Source of the DNA: Narcine bancroftii
Taxonomy: Eukaryota
Assembly (NCBI RefSeq): GCF_036971445.1
Contig: NW_027211833.1
Coordinates: 1 to 64,000, forward strand
Length of the DNA: 64,000 nucleotides
Direction: 5' to 3'
Both the position numbers and the translations under genes were made by a program. Under the pieces are notes generated by a model that was given only the letters and a program-made list of their open reading frames with translations, ran no database searches and had not been told where the DNA came from. Positions 1 through 12,949 of the stretch are shown here, one piece after another (the first letter of the stretch is position 1; each line of letters opens with the position of its first letter).

Positions 1-317
1 TCCCTCATGGCCAATCCCGGGAATTTACTGGGACAGGGTCCAGTGGAAAAGGGACACTGTCCAAATGCCAGTGTCAAATGATGTCATTTCACGCCACCTC
101 TACCCCAACTCATATCCTCGGCGTTTGCCGATGTCGGCCTGATGGTAAAACCAGTGGAACAGAGACAGCAGAGAATCACCTGTTTCCAGTCGAAGGCAGA
201 AAACTCCGCTCCCCGGGGATGAGTTGTGTTCAGTGGAAAAGCAATCGTGTGTCCCAGTGGAAATGGCACCAACGGCTTCCTAACCTGAGACACTGCATGG
301 CCAATGAACTGGGATTC

Positions 318-524
318 NNNNNNNNNNNNNNNNNNNNNNNNNNNNNNNNNNNNNNNNNNNNNNNNNNNNNNNNNNNNNNNNNNNNNNNNNNNNNNNNNNN
401 NNNNNNNNNNNNNNNNNNNNNNNNNNNNNNNNNNNNNNNNNNNNNNNNNNNNNNNNNNNNNNNNNNNNNNNNNNNNNNNNNNNNNNNNNNNNNNNNNNNN
501 NNNNNNNNNNNNNNNNNNNNNNNN
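318..524. other. Assembly gap (N run)
   Basis: Run of N. Confidence 1.
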
Positions 525-1772
525 AAATCTGCATGCAGTGCTTCAACCGAAATGAAGGCCAATGGATGATGAGCTTCATTAAACTTTTCTACGTGGTCGT
601 GCGTGAAAGTGAGGCCATTTTGGCAAGAAAGCGCAGAAAAATTAACCACGATCACAGGAGTGGTCTCCACGTGAGACCTGGAGCAATATCTTCATGGAAA
701 CAAGCGACAACTTGACCAAATATCTAATCTCATTTATAAAAATAGCACTGGCCTTCGCGAAAAGATGTATCACGATCGACTGGATGTCCGATAGCACGCT
801 GGGCTGTGGAAAGGAACTGCTGTTACCTATGGGAAACAAAAAAATCACATAAACGTGACCCATTGGTAAAGGTCTGTCAGCTGTGCCTGGACCACATAGG
901 GGCCCAGACACTAATATAAATGAACAATAAAAGGGGATAAAAGTAACCATTTTATAGACCAAAACCAAGTTTCCCCAACTGGACTCATCTACTTGTAATC
1001 TCTGAAAATTTGGATATGAAAACAAACTGCAATAGAGAGAGAAAAAATTCAATGTGCAAAAGGGAGAGTCTTTAAATGAGTCCCTGAATGTGTGTTGAGT
1101 CTCGTGGTGAAGGGTGGCAGCTGTTCCTGAACCCGGCTATACCTCTTTCCTGATGGGAGCAGTGAGAACAGAGCGGGTGATGTGGATCCTTGATTGCTGC
1201 TGCTCTCTGACAGCAGCGTTCCCTGCAAATGTTCTCAATGGTGGAGGGTTTTTACCTGAGATGTTCTGGGCGGTGTCGATACTTTTGTAGAGATTTTTGC
1301 TCAGGGGTATTGTGTCACAAGACAACTGATCAAACCTACTACAAACTGAACCTTTCACCCCTCACACCCGTAAACCCACTATTTTTCTTGCATCAATGTG
1401 CCTGTCTAAATGTTAAAGGTCCCTATTATTCCAGACTCCACCATCCTGCCCGGCCATGTGCTCCAGGCACCCGCAGCCTTCTGCACGTTCTCTTTCTACA
1501 AGTCCTTCAGCAGCCTTGTGTTTCCTCAGCACTGCCTGCTCCTCCACCAAGCTCTGCCACAAATCCATTCACTATGAGCTTCCTGCATCACTCCAGAGAA
1601 AAGCCCAAGGTTTCTCTCTCTGGATATTGCATTTACTTCATTTTGATGGGCTGAATTCCTGCAGCTTCCCAATCAAACATCTGCAATCGCCTTTAAATTG
1701 TGCCGCTCTGCACAGATTTGTGCCACCTGCTTTTAAACAGGTTAAATCCTATGGGCATTCTGACAGTGTCCT

Positions 1773-1812
<40 letters not shown>

Positions 1813-2615
1813 CGGTGGAACTAAATCCTTCTGCTCAAATTGTTGCTTAGTCTGGGCTTCTGTCCTTTTGCCTGGATTCTCATCCTCTGCTATTTTAGTC
1901 TGAACCTTGCCCTCAGCCCGAGGAATAAAACCGTGGGGATATGGATCGGAATTCTTTCTGGCTAGAGCGTCTCAAACACTGCTCTCATCCTCGTGTGTGC
2001 ACAGCTAGAGACAAGAACAAATCTTGTCCTGAGTCACTGTGAAATCCATCTCCAGGATGGTGGCACTTTATCCTGTGTGTTTTTTTTGAACCTTGCTTTG
2101 TGCTAGGTGTTTGAATTAAGATTTTTCCATTAGTTTTTCCTTTTGAATTGAACATTACAATATATGTGAACGCACTTTCCAAATGGTTTTACAATGTAAA
2201 TAATATTTTAAAGAAAAATCTGAAGACTTCACCATCTGAGATGAAGATTCTAATCTGTGGCTTCGGCGCGTCCGCGCCAAGGGGTATTTGGAATATTTTA
2301 AACAGGACCGTCTTCCAATGTCTGCAGTGGAACTGGGAGAAAGAGGGTTGGCTGTCGGTGTCATAGTTAATGATGTCTCATTACAGAACTGAAAGCTTTC
2401 AGTCTGTGGTGAACTAATATTCTCGTCCCACTGACCAGCACCCTTTCCTGCCCATTCCCATCCATAGGTCCGGGACTCCCTCACCCTCACGGGACTCCCT
2501 CACCCTCACGGGTCCACCTCACACTCGCAGTTCCCCGATCCCCTCAACCACACGGATCCCATCAACCACGCGGATCCCATCAACCACGCGGGTTCCCAAC
2601 CCCACCTTCAGGCTT

Positions 2616-3960
2616 CTGGCGTCCCCCTCCCCCCTCTGGCGTCCCCCTCCCCCCTCTGGCGTCCCCCTCCCCCCTCTGGCGTCCCCCTCCCCCCTCTGGC
2701 GTCCCCCTCCCCCCTCTGGCGTCCCCCTCCCCCCTCTGGCGTCCCCCTCCCCCCTCTGGCGTCCCCCTCCCCCCTCTGGCGTCCCCCCCCCTCTGGCGTC
2801 CCCCTCCCCCCTCTGGCGTCCCCCTCCCCCTCTGGCGTCCCCCTCCCCCTCTGGCGTCCCCCCTCCCCCCTCTGGCGTCCCCCTCCCCCCTCTGGCGTCC
2901 CCTCCCCCTCTGGCGTCCCCTCCCCCCTCTGGCCTCCCCCTCCCCCCTCTGGCCTCCCCCTCCCTCCTCAGGCCTCCCCCTCCCTCCTCTGGCCTCCCCC
3001 TCCCCCTCTGGCCTCCCCCCTCTGGCCTCCCCCCTCTGGCCTCCCCCCTCTGGCCTCCCCCTCCCCCTCCCCCCTCTGGCCTCCCCCCTCTGGCCTCCCC
3101 CCCTCTGGCCTCCCCCTCCCCCCTCTGGCCTCCCCCTCCCCCCTCTGGCCTCCCCCTCCCCCCTCTGGCCTCCCCCTCCCCCCTCTGGCCTCCCCCCTCC
3201 CCCCTCTGGCCTCCCCCCTCTGGCCTCCCCCTCCCCCCTCTGGCCTCCCCCTCCCCCCTCTGGCCTCCCCCTCCCCCCTCTGGCCTCCCCCTCCCCCCTC
3301 TGGCGTCCCCCTCCCCCCTCTGGCGTCCCCCTCCCCCCTCTGGCGTCCCCCTCCCCCTCTGGCGTCCCCCTCCCCCTCTGGCGTCCCCCTCCCCCCTCTG
3401 GCGTCCCCCTCCCCCCTCTGGCGTCCCCCTCCCCCCTCTGGCGTCCCCCTCCCCCCTCTGGCGTCCCCCTCCCCCCTCTGGCGTCCCCCTCCCCCCTCTG
3501 GCGTCCCCTCCCCCCTCTGGCGTCCCCCTCCCCCCTCTGGCGTCCCCCTCCCCCCTCTGGCGTCCCCCTCCCCCCTCTGGCGTCCCCCTCCCCCCTCTGG
3601 CGTCCCCCTCCCCCTCTGGCGTCCCCCTCCCCCTCTGGCGTCCCCTCCCCCCTCTGGCGTCCCCCTCCCCCCTCTGGCGTCCCCCTCCCCCCTCTGGCGT
3701 CCCCTCCCCCCTCTGGCGTCCCCCTCCCCCCTCTGGCGTCCCCTCCCCCCTCTGGCGTCCCCCTCCTCCCTCTGGCGTCCCCCTCCCCCCTCTGGCGTCC
3801 CCCTCCCCCCTCTGGCGTCCCCCTCCCCCCTCTGGCGTCCCCCTCCCCCCTCTGGGCCCCCGTCCCCCCTCTGGGCCCCCGTCCCCCCTCTGGGCCCCCG
3901 TCCCCCTTCTGGGCCCCCGTCCCCCTTCTGGGCCCCCGTCCCCTTTCTGGGCCCTCGTCC
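2616..3960. repeat. C-rich ~20-21 bp minisatellite (CTCTGGCGTCCCCCTCCCC)n
   Basis: Dozens of tandem units, with blocks of GGCGTC, GGCCTC and GGGCCC variants. Confidence 0.97.
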
Positions 3961-4613
3961 CCTCAGAGGTGTTTAAAATTATGAGATGGATAGACTAAAT
4001 GTAGGTCAGCATTATCCACTCAGAGACAAACCAGCGGATTTGGGATAAGAGTGAAATGGGAAAAGTTGAGAGGGGAAATTGGAGGAATTTGTTCAGAGGA
4101 GAGGGAATGTGGAATGAGCTGCTGGGTGATGGTGAATGAGGAGTCAATTTTAATTATGAAGAGTTTGGATGGGGATGTGAATGGGAAGGGTAGAGTGGGC
4201 TATGGACTGGTTGCAGGTCAGGGGAATGGGCCAAATCATAGTTCAGCACAGACTCAAAGGGCCAAAGGACCTGTTTCTGTGCTGTACTGTTCTCTGGAGA
4301 CTTGGGCTTAATTGGGGGTGAAGGGCCTGTTATTGTCCTGCACGTATAACGTTAAAGATTTAAGACACAGATGAACCTAAAATTTTTTAAATGTTGCATT
4401 GATAGGACTTGAATGCACAAAACTCCCCACCCAATTCTGATTGGATACCCTGGTTTGTTTGCTCCAGACAGTATTCAGATAAACACACAACCAGCATTTC
4501 AGGCTTGAGCCCTTTATTAGGCAAGTATCTGTACTATATAAAGTTCTCTGCTTGACCTGCTGAGCCTCTCCAGCATTTGCGTCGCTACAGAAATTGGTCG
4601 AGTTACTACGTGT

Positions 4614-5977
4614 CTTTCTTCTTTGGCTTGGCTTCGCGGACGAAGATTTATGGAGGGGGTAAAAAGTCCACGTCAGCTGCAGGCTCGTTTGTGGCTGACC
4701 AGTCCGATGCGGGACAGGCAGACACGATTGCAGCGGTTGCAAGGGAAAATTGGTTGGTTGGGGTTGGGTGTTGGGTTTTTCCTCCTTTGCCTTTTGTCAG
4801 TGAGGTGGGCTCTGCGGTCTTCTTCAAAGGAGGCTGCTGCCCGCCAAACTGTGAGGCGCCAAGATGCACGGTTTGAGGCGTTATCAGCCCACTGGCGGTG
4901 GTCAATGTGGCAGGCACCAAGAGATTTCTTTAGGCAGTCCTTGTACCTTTTCTTTGGTGCACCTCTGTCACGGTGGCCAGTGGAAAGCTCGCCATATAAT
5001 ACGATCTTGGGAAGGCGATGGTCCTCCATTCTGGAGACGTGACCCATCCAGCGCAGCTGGATCTTCAGCAGCGTGGACTCGATGCTGTCGACCTCTGCCC
5101 TCTCGAGTACCTCGACGTTAGGGGTGTGAGCGCTCCAATGGATGTTGAGGATGGAGCGGAGACAACGCTGGTGGAAGCGTTCTAGGAGCCGTAGGTGGTG
5201 CCGGTAGAGGACCCATGATTCGGAGCCGAACAGGAGTGTGGGTATGACAACGGCTCTGTATACGCTTATCTTTGTGAGGTTTTTCAGTTGGTTGTTTTTC
5301 CAGACTCTTTTGTGTAGTCTTCCAAAGGCGCTATTTGCCTTGGCGATTCTGTTGTCTATCTCATTGTCGATCCTTGCATCTGATGAAATGGTGCAGCCGA
5401 GATAGGTAAACTGGTTGACCGTTTTGAGTTTTGTGTGCCCGATGGAGATGTGGGGGGGCTGGTAGTCATGGTGGGGAGCTGGCTGATGGAGGACCTCAGT
5501 TTTCTTCAGGCTGACTTCCAGGCCAAACATTTTGGCAGTTTCCGCAAAGCAGGACGTCAAGCGCTGAAGAGCTGGCTCTGAATGGGCAACTAAAGCGGCA
5601 TCATCTGCAAAGAGTAGTTCACGGACAAGTTTCTCTTGTGTCTTGGTGTGAGCTTGCAGGCGCCTCAGATTGAAGAGACTGCCATCCGTGCGGTACCGGA
5701 TGTAAACAGCGTCTTCATTGTTGGGGTCTTTCATGGCTTGGTTCAGCATCATGCTGAAGAAGATTGAAAAGAGGGTTGGTGCGAGAACACAGCCTTGCTT
5801 CACGCCATTGTTAATGGAGAAGGGTTCAGAGAGCTCATTGCTGTATCTGACCCGACCTTGTTGGTTTTCGTGCAGTTGGATAATCATGTTGAGGAACTTT
5901 GGGGGACATCCGATGCGCTCTAGTATTTGCCAAAGCCCTTTCCTGCTCACGGTGTCGAAGGCTTTGGTGAGGTCAAT
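4614..5977 (-). mobile_element. Young 5'-truncated RTE-clade LINE (RT C-terminal part, Zn-finger end, GAA-rich tail)
   Basis: ORF 4673-5983: DLTKAFD, GVKQGCVLAP, LLFADD, C-terminal CxxC..HxxxC; short 3'UTR; no endonuclease domain. Confidence 0.93.
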
Positions 5978-6671
5978 TGACATCAGGACATTTCACCCCT
6001 GAACTGTACATCCACAGGGACAGGAACTTGAAACATACACAACAGAACCACACAAATACCCCCATTCACCTTCCCATTTTGTGAAGGGTAAGATAAAAAC
6101 ACTCCTTACACGGGGACAGATATGAACCTGGGTCACTGTCACTTTAAGAACATTCTGCTAAACATGCCAAGATCAAAATTCAATTGATTGTCCTGTAATA
6201 AAGCGCAATATTACACAAACCACTTCATTCATGCATAAGGCAGATAGGGTTACATGAGCAGAAAGCTAAATGAAGTGCTTCTTGCATTCAAGAGCAAGAG
6301 AATTCCCCATTGCCCATGCAATCCCCAAACCCAGCTCTTGCCCACCTACGTCCATCAGCAGCCCACACTTCAGAGGCAAACCTCAGACACAATCAGGTAC
6401 AAACATCCCAAAACCATCATCCCAAGACAAGAGCTAAAGTTGCATGCACCGTAAACCACACACACGAAACCAACACATTTCTCTGGCTCCATCGTTCTGA
6501 GCCACATGGAAAACACCAGATTGCAAACTACCCACCTACGGTGGCTTCCACGAACACCAAGTTCCTTTCACCCCAACAACTCAAATAACCCCAGAAAAAG
6601 GAGCCACAGTAAAACCAGGCTTCCTACCTTCCTCTGATGGCAGCATCATCTCAGGATGAAAGCCACAGGTT

Positions 6672-6865
6672 ACGGGGGGGGAAGAGTGGGGGTAAGAGTG
6701 AAGAGGGGAAGGGAAGGGGGAGCGGGGGGGGCCGTGGGGAGCGGGGGGGGGCCGTGGGGAGCGGGGGGGGGGGCCGTGGGGAGCCGTGGGGAGCGGGGGG
6801 GGGCCGTGGGGAGGGGCCGTGGGGAGCGGAGGAAGGGGAAAGAGAAGAGAGGGGGGGCGGGGAGA
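6672..6865. repeat. G-rich tandem repeat (GGGGGCCGTGGGGAGC-like)
   Basis: Directly visible tandem units. Confidence 0.85.
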
Positions 6866-7199
6866 GAAACTCATCTGCTTTAAACCCATGAATTTCTGTC
6901 ACCTGATTAACAGCCCCTGAATTGATGCTCTCTCACTATTGGCCAGGCTTGAGCTGGAAACTGGCCAACAGTTCAGGTGTGAGGTATCACAGCTCCATGC
7001 TGCTGGACATTGAAACAAGGGGCGGATTCGACCTTCTTCATTGTGGTCAAGACAACATCATAGAATAGTAACATCTTGAGCAGCTCCTGGAATGGGATGC
7101 TGCTGGGCAGTGGACTAGTTAAGCAAGTGACATATCTTTGTGAGGTGATGAATTCAGCTCACATATGTGCTTGTATGGCCCATCTGGTCCAGGATATCT

Positions 7200-7930
7200 G
7201 GCCTAATGCCCTTGCCCACATCTATTCCCAGCCCTGCCCCTCCTCCCCCACCCCCCTCAATATAACAAGGACAGAATTCTCCTGGTCATTGCCTCCCACA
7301 CCATATATTTTCCACCACTCCTGCCATCAGACACCTCCTTCCTTTCTGTTGTGATTGCTCCATCAGTGATTCGCTCATTCCTTCCCATCAACTGTTCCCT
7401 TGGAACCTGACTCTGTGAAGCAAAACTTCACTGATGAACCCGCAGGGTCCTCGACTGGATCTGTTGATCCTGACGTGGCCTCCTCTGTGCTGGGTAGATT
7501 GGACGCAAACTGGAAAAATCATTTCATTGGTCACCTTCACTCTGGTGGCTTCAACAGAAGGATCTCCCAGGGGCAGACCCTTTTAATTCCACATCCCATT
7601 CCCACTCAACATGGTTGTCCATGGCCTCACGCACTGCCAAATCAAGGCCTAGCACAAATTCCATCTTGGAAGTCTCTAATCAAATAGCATCAATATCGCC
7701 CTCCAAATTTCTGGTAAGACCACTCCTCTGGTCTCTATTTCCCCACCTGTCTCCTTTCCTCTCATGTCCCTTTCCCTTCATTCTATCAGAGCTATGGTTC
7801 CCTGTCCTTTTTCCCCCCATTTTTCTCTTCTACCCTCCCACCTGTGTCCACCTGTTACCCCTTAACTGTTACCTTTTTGTCTCTTCCTCTCCCCTATCTT
7901 TTTATCCTGCACTCCTGATGAAGGGCTCAG
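7200..7930 (+). mobile_element. Degenerate Penelope-like element fragment
   Basis: Remnant similar to the GIY-YIG-like region at 42550-43260; ends in CCTGATGAAGGGCTC. Confidence 0.55.
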
Positions 7931-8064
7931 ACTCCTCAAAAAATCCCAAGAATTCCTCTCAAAACACCTGGACCCATGAACATGCCCAAATATCCACCAT
8001 GTCCTTTTTAGTAAATACTGATGGAAAACACCCAGTCAGTACCATAACCATGTCCTCAGACTCC

Positions 8065-8250
8065 AAGCAACACTGTCACAGCCTCAGTGACCGGGTTTCA
8101 AATCTGGCGCTGTCCGTAAGGAGTTGGTACTTTCTCCTTGTGTCTGTGGGTTTCCTCTGGTTTCCTCACATGCTTCAAAACATACAGGGTTTGCCAATTC
8201 AATGGGGATTTGGGCAGCACAGCCTGTTACTGTGCTGTATGTTTAATTTT
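8065..8250 (+). mobile_element. tRNA-derived SINE remnant
   Basis: B-box-like GGTTTCAAATC followed by a body shared with copies at 32125, 59345 and 62675. Confidence 0.6.
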
Positions 8251-8409
8251 TAAATTCCAAACTGACCTTGAGTGGTCCCATTCCCTCTCTGGTTTTCCAT
8301 GAGGGTATAAAATGCATTGGGACTCTCCCTACACCCACTCGCCAAGGACTCTTTTCACCTTCCCATTATGTGCTCTGCTTGAAATCTTTCCTGTAACCTT
8401 TATACAGGA

Positions 8410-8578
8410 GGATTTCATTCCATGGAGGGGAGACGTTCTTGGTCAGGATCTCATTCCATGGAGGATAGACGTTCTTGGTCAGGATCTCATTCCATGGAGG
8501 GAAGCATCCTTGGACAGGATCTCATTCCATGGAAGATAGACGTTCTTGGACAGGATCTCATTCCTTAGAGGGAGGACG
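8410..8578. repeat. ~36 bp tandem repeat (GGATCTCATTCCATGGAGG...)
   Basis: About 5 tandem units. Confidence 0.85.
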
Positions 8579-8833
8579 TCCTTCGAAAGCACTTTGTGAT
8601 GTCAAACAACATTTAACAAGAGCCTCAACCAGAAAAACGAGTTGCTGGTGCTTATATCTGGGCACAAAGACACCACCAAACTTCTTAATGACCCAAAACA
8701 CTTCTAAAATTAAACAGTGGAATAAAGAGTGTTTTACAAATATTTAAGATTCAAAAAATCCTAAAAATGATTGACTTAATTTTGGTGAATCAGTGAAGGC
8801 AGATGGAGATGGAGTTGAGAGAAATTGGGACCA

Positions 8834-8923
8834 CACCGCCCTCCAGTGTCAAGGTGAGCAAACTGCAAAAGCCCACATGTTAGGCGCAATATCGCCCTCA
8901 GGTGTCAGAGTGAGCTCACTGCA
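8834..8923 (-). promoter_or_regulatory. Two tandem CTCF-like sites with upstream TGCAGT module
   Basis: Minus strand: TGCAGT-N12-ACACTGGAGGGCGGT and TGCAGT-N12-ACACCTGAGGGCGAT; both resemble the CTCF core plus upstream motif, with identical spacing. Confidence 0.55.
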
Positions 8924-9240
8924 TGATTGAGCGTTTCATTTGGAGGGGCAGAATTGGAGGGGCAGACAGATGGGAGGGCTCAAAACAGAGGGGTCAAAAG
9001 CAAGAGGAGGAGACACCACCGCATGGAGTCAGAGGTGTTGAAACCGAGATGCAACCAGAGGGCTGCAAACAGATGGGTTCAAACAGAGGGGAGGGAAGAG
9101 AGGGTTGAAAACAGTGGGATGTAAAAAGAGGCGGGGAAACAAAGGGAGAAAACAGAAGATTGAATCAAAAGGCGTAGAAACAGATGTTTGGAAACAAATG
9201 GGTGGAAACCCTAAATCTCAGTGTCCAAGTGTTGGGGCAC

Positions 9241-9525
9241 ATCATTAACCAGCGTCCCAGGCAACACCTGAACCAATCGGGTGGAGCATATTATTAACCC
9301 CATCCCAGGCAAAGCATGAACCAATCGGGTCGGGTATATCATTAACCAGCGTCCCAGGCAACACCTGAACCAATCGGGTGGAGCATATTATTAACCCCAT
9401 CCCAGGCAAAGCATGAACCAATCGGGTCGGGTATATCATTAACCAGCGTCACATGCAACCCCTGAACCAATCAGATGGGGAATATCATTAACTAGCGTCC
9501 CAGGCAACGGATAAACCAATCGGGT
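9241..9525. repeat. ~48 bp tandem repeat (97 bp dimer), each unit with AACCAATC
   Basis: Six units; a CCAAT box in each. Confidence 0.9.
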
Positions 9526-10738
9526 CTGTCAGTGTCTCTCTCTCTGTCTGTGTGTGTCTCTCTGTGTCTGTGTCTGTCTCTCTCTCTCTCTCGGTGTCTC
9601 TAATATGTGCTTATTCATTACCCACCATTATCCATCCCGACTGGTGGTGCGGGCTTTGTTCCCCAAGGCGTCCGTATTGGCTGCCCATAGACCATCTCTG
9701 CCCCAACGCATTCCTCGGTGTCACCTGCATTAAAATCAAGGTGGCATCAGCACCTTTTTGGACACTTTTAGCCGTATTTCCTCAGTTCTGGCCAGTTTTG
9801 TGTTTCGTTCACACATTCCTGCTTCCTGGGGTTCACGGCACTCATGGAAGATCGCCAGTTCCTGAAACAATTCTTCATTCATCTTATTTGTAACATTTTT
9901 ACATTTAATTTAACATATGCATTAAAAAACTTAAATTTCTTATTTGAAAATAAGATAAAATTAATGCATAGTGATTTAAAAAGTAACCCCTCCCACAGCT
10001 GCCCAATAGAAAACAATAAAGAGAGGAAACATCTAGATACTATTTATAAAAATTGACCAAAACTCTCAAATAAAATCTTGGTTTTCTTGGTTTTAGGAGT
10101 CAGAAAGTTCCTGTTGGGTGATTAAAACTTAATTCCTACATTTGGTAAATACACATCCCAAATCTTCAAAAGAGAAATTCAAATTTGTTCCATTAATTCG
10201 ATGTAATTATTTCAAGTGGGATACAATGACCTATTTCAGTGTGGCCATCGACCCATTCCCAAATACGCATCGGACTTCCAAGTTACTGCCACATATTTTA
10301 ACCCTATAACAATTACTGCACAGAAACAGGTCATTTGGCCCTTCTTGTGTGCACTGAACTAAATACTCTCCTCTAGTACCACCTCTCTGCATTCCCCTCC
10401 CCTCCAATTTGGACCCTGCTGCCATTATTTCTCCTGGAAGCTCACTCCACTCAGCCACCACTCTGAGTAAAGAAGTTCCCCCTCATGTTACTTCCAGACT
10501 TTTGCCTCTTAACTCAAGACCTGTTTCAATCTCTGCTACTCACAATGGAAAAAGCTTATCCACATCAACTCAATCTATCCTTCTAGTAATTTTAAATACT
10601 CTATCAAATCCGCTCTCAACCATCTACAATCCAAAGAATAAAGACTTCATTTGCTCAATCTTTCTTTGTAATCTAGTTGCTGATATCCAGGTAACATTGA
10701 CGTAAATCTTCTCTGCACCCTCTCGACTTTGTTGATAG

Positions 10739-11331
10739 TGTAAGAGATCAGTATCACTGATCTAAAAGAAAAGTGAGGATTGTGAGAGATGAGTAAAACT
10801 GATATAAAAATATAAAGATGAGGAAACTAATATAGATATATGGGTAAATGAATAAAGCCAGTATGAACAGGATAAGAAATGGATATTAGAATGTAGGAAG
10901 TAGAGTTAGTCTGAATAAGATAAGGGTCTTCTCGCCCTAGACAGTATTAGCAAGTTCTACATATGAAGAGGTTGTAGCCCTGAGAGTTAGGAAGGTGTAA
11001 ATTAGAACAAAGACAGGTTTGTGAATAAGGACAATAAGGATAATGACATGATGGGACACCGACAGGTCCTCCAAGTTCAGAGAAACAGCACGTAGGCAGA
11101 CAGGATTGCCTAATGCCAAACTCCTCCAGGAGGCAGAAGAATGTAAGGGGGAGGGTATTCCTATACTGAAATCAACTCTATAAAAGTTGGGTGAGCCCCT
11201 GTGTGTGTGTGTGTGTGTGTATTCCCAGGGTAAGGGGAAAGCACCCAACTTTGCATTGTTGTATAATAAATGTTCTTTGTTCTCAATTTTTGTCTCGAGC
11301 AATTTCTGTGAAGGTACTTCTGTTTCTCACA
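10739..11331 (+). mobile_element. Solo LTR, family A
   Basis: TG...CA ends, TATAAAA and AATAAA; homologous to the inverted copy at 35130-35635. Confidence 0.7.
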
Positions 11332-11599
11332 TATCCATCTTGCTCAATTTTGTTAACCTTAATCAAGTCTCCTCTCATTCTCCAACACTCCCATGAAAAA
11401 TAAAAATCATGTATCCTGTAGTTCGCGAGTCCGGACACCAGGTGGTGGTATTATACCTAGATCTCTCTCGCCCTCGCTTCATGCATGCAGTACTCGGTGT
11501 GAACAGGCGGTGGCAGCACTTTACAGCCCTTGCAATCTGCAGCTTGGACAGGAGATGGTTGGTTTGTACCTCGTGGGCTCTTGCACCAAGATTGAAGAT

Positions 11600-12940
11600 T
11601 TGGAGATTTCCCATTGATTGGCAGAGAACATACACGACATCACATCCAACCCTGAGATTCCCTTTTTCCTGTGGACACGGCCGAATTACCACGAATGGGT
11701 CGTGCAAAAATAAACGGTTCAGTGGAAACCTGGAAAGATAAAAGAATTGAAAACAAAGAAAATCAATAAAGTGCTGCAAAAGTCCTGAAATGAGTTCCTG
11801 ATTGAGTTTGTTGTAGAGGAGTCTGAAGGTGGAGGGGGAGCAGCTGTTCCTGAACCTGGGGGTGTGAGTCTTGAGGCACCGAGACCTCTTTCCTGATGGC
11901 AGCAGTGAGAAGACAGAGAGAGTGTGGATCCTTGATGATTGCTGATGTTTTCTAACAGCACCATTCCCTGTCGATAAACTCAATAGTGGGGAGAGTTTTG
12001 TCTGTGATGTCCATGACCTTTTGGAGGGCTTTATTCTGAGGGGTATTGGTGTCCCCATACCAGACCATGATGCAGCCAGTCAGCACACTTTCCACCACAT
12101 CTCTGTAGAAATTTGCCAGAGTTTCTGGCGTCAATCCAAACCTCTGAAGAAGTAGAGGCGCTGACGTGCTTTCTTCACAAGGTCATTGGTATTGGGTCCA
12201 GGAAGATTTTTTGAGATGGTGACTCCCAAGAACCTAAATTTGCTCACCCTCTCCACCCCTGATCCCCCAATCATCACTGGATTTTAAACCTCTGGCTTTC
12301 CTTTCCTGAAGTCAACAATCAACTCCTTGGTTTTGGTGACATTGAGTGCGAGTTTGTTGTTGATGCACCATTCAGCTCAGTTTTCATGCTTTGCCTGGGA
12401 TGGGGTTAATAATGCATGTGGACTCATCCCCTTCCTTTATACAACCCACGTCCGTGGTATCGTCAGCAAATTTGTAGGGGATATTATTGATGTTCCGAGC
12501 CACACAGTCGTGGGTGTAAAGTGAGTAGAGTGGGGGCTAAGAACACAGCCCTGTGGTGCTCTGGTACTGATGGCGATCGTGGAGGGGATATTCTTACCAA
12601 CCTTCACTGATTGTGGTCTGGAGGTGTTAACTCCCAGGTCTTGGAGTTTGCTGGTCAGTTTGGAGGGGATGATGGTGTTAAATGCTGATCTGTAGTTGAT
12701 AAAGAGCATGTTTACTGTTCAAGTGCCCCAGGGCTTTGTGTAGGGCCAGTAAGACAACATTTGCTATTTTTATGAGAGGCGAACTGGAATGGATCCACGT
12801 CACCACTCAGACAGGAGCTAATCTGCTTCATCACCAGCCTTTCCAAACACTTCTTCACTGTTGATACAAGTGCAACTGGTCGATAGTCATTCAGGCAGGT
12901 GAGTACACTCTTCTTGGGCTCCGGTGTGATTGACACCTGT
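11600..12940 (-). mobile_element. Degenerate Rex1/Babar-like LINE
   Basis: Fragment ORFs [46 protein letters not shown]. Confidence 0.8.
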
Positions 12941-12949
12941 TGGAAACAG

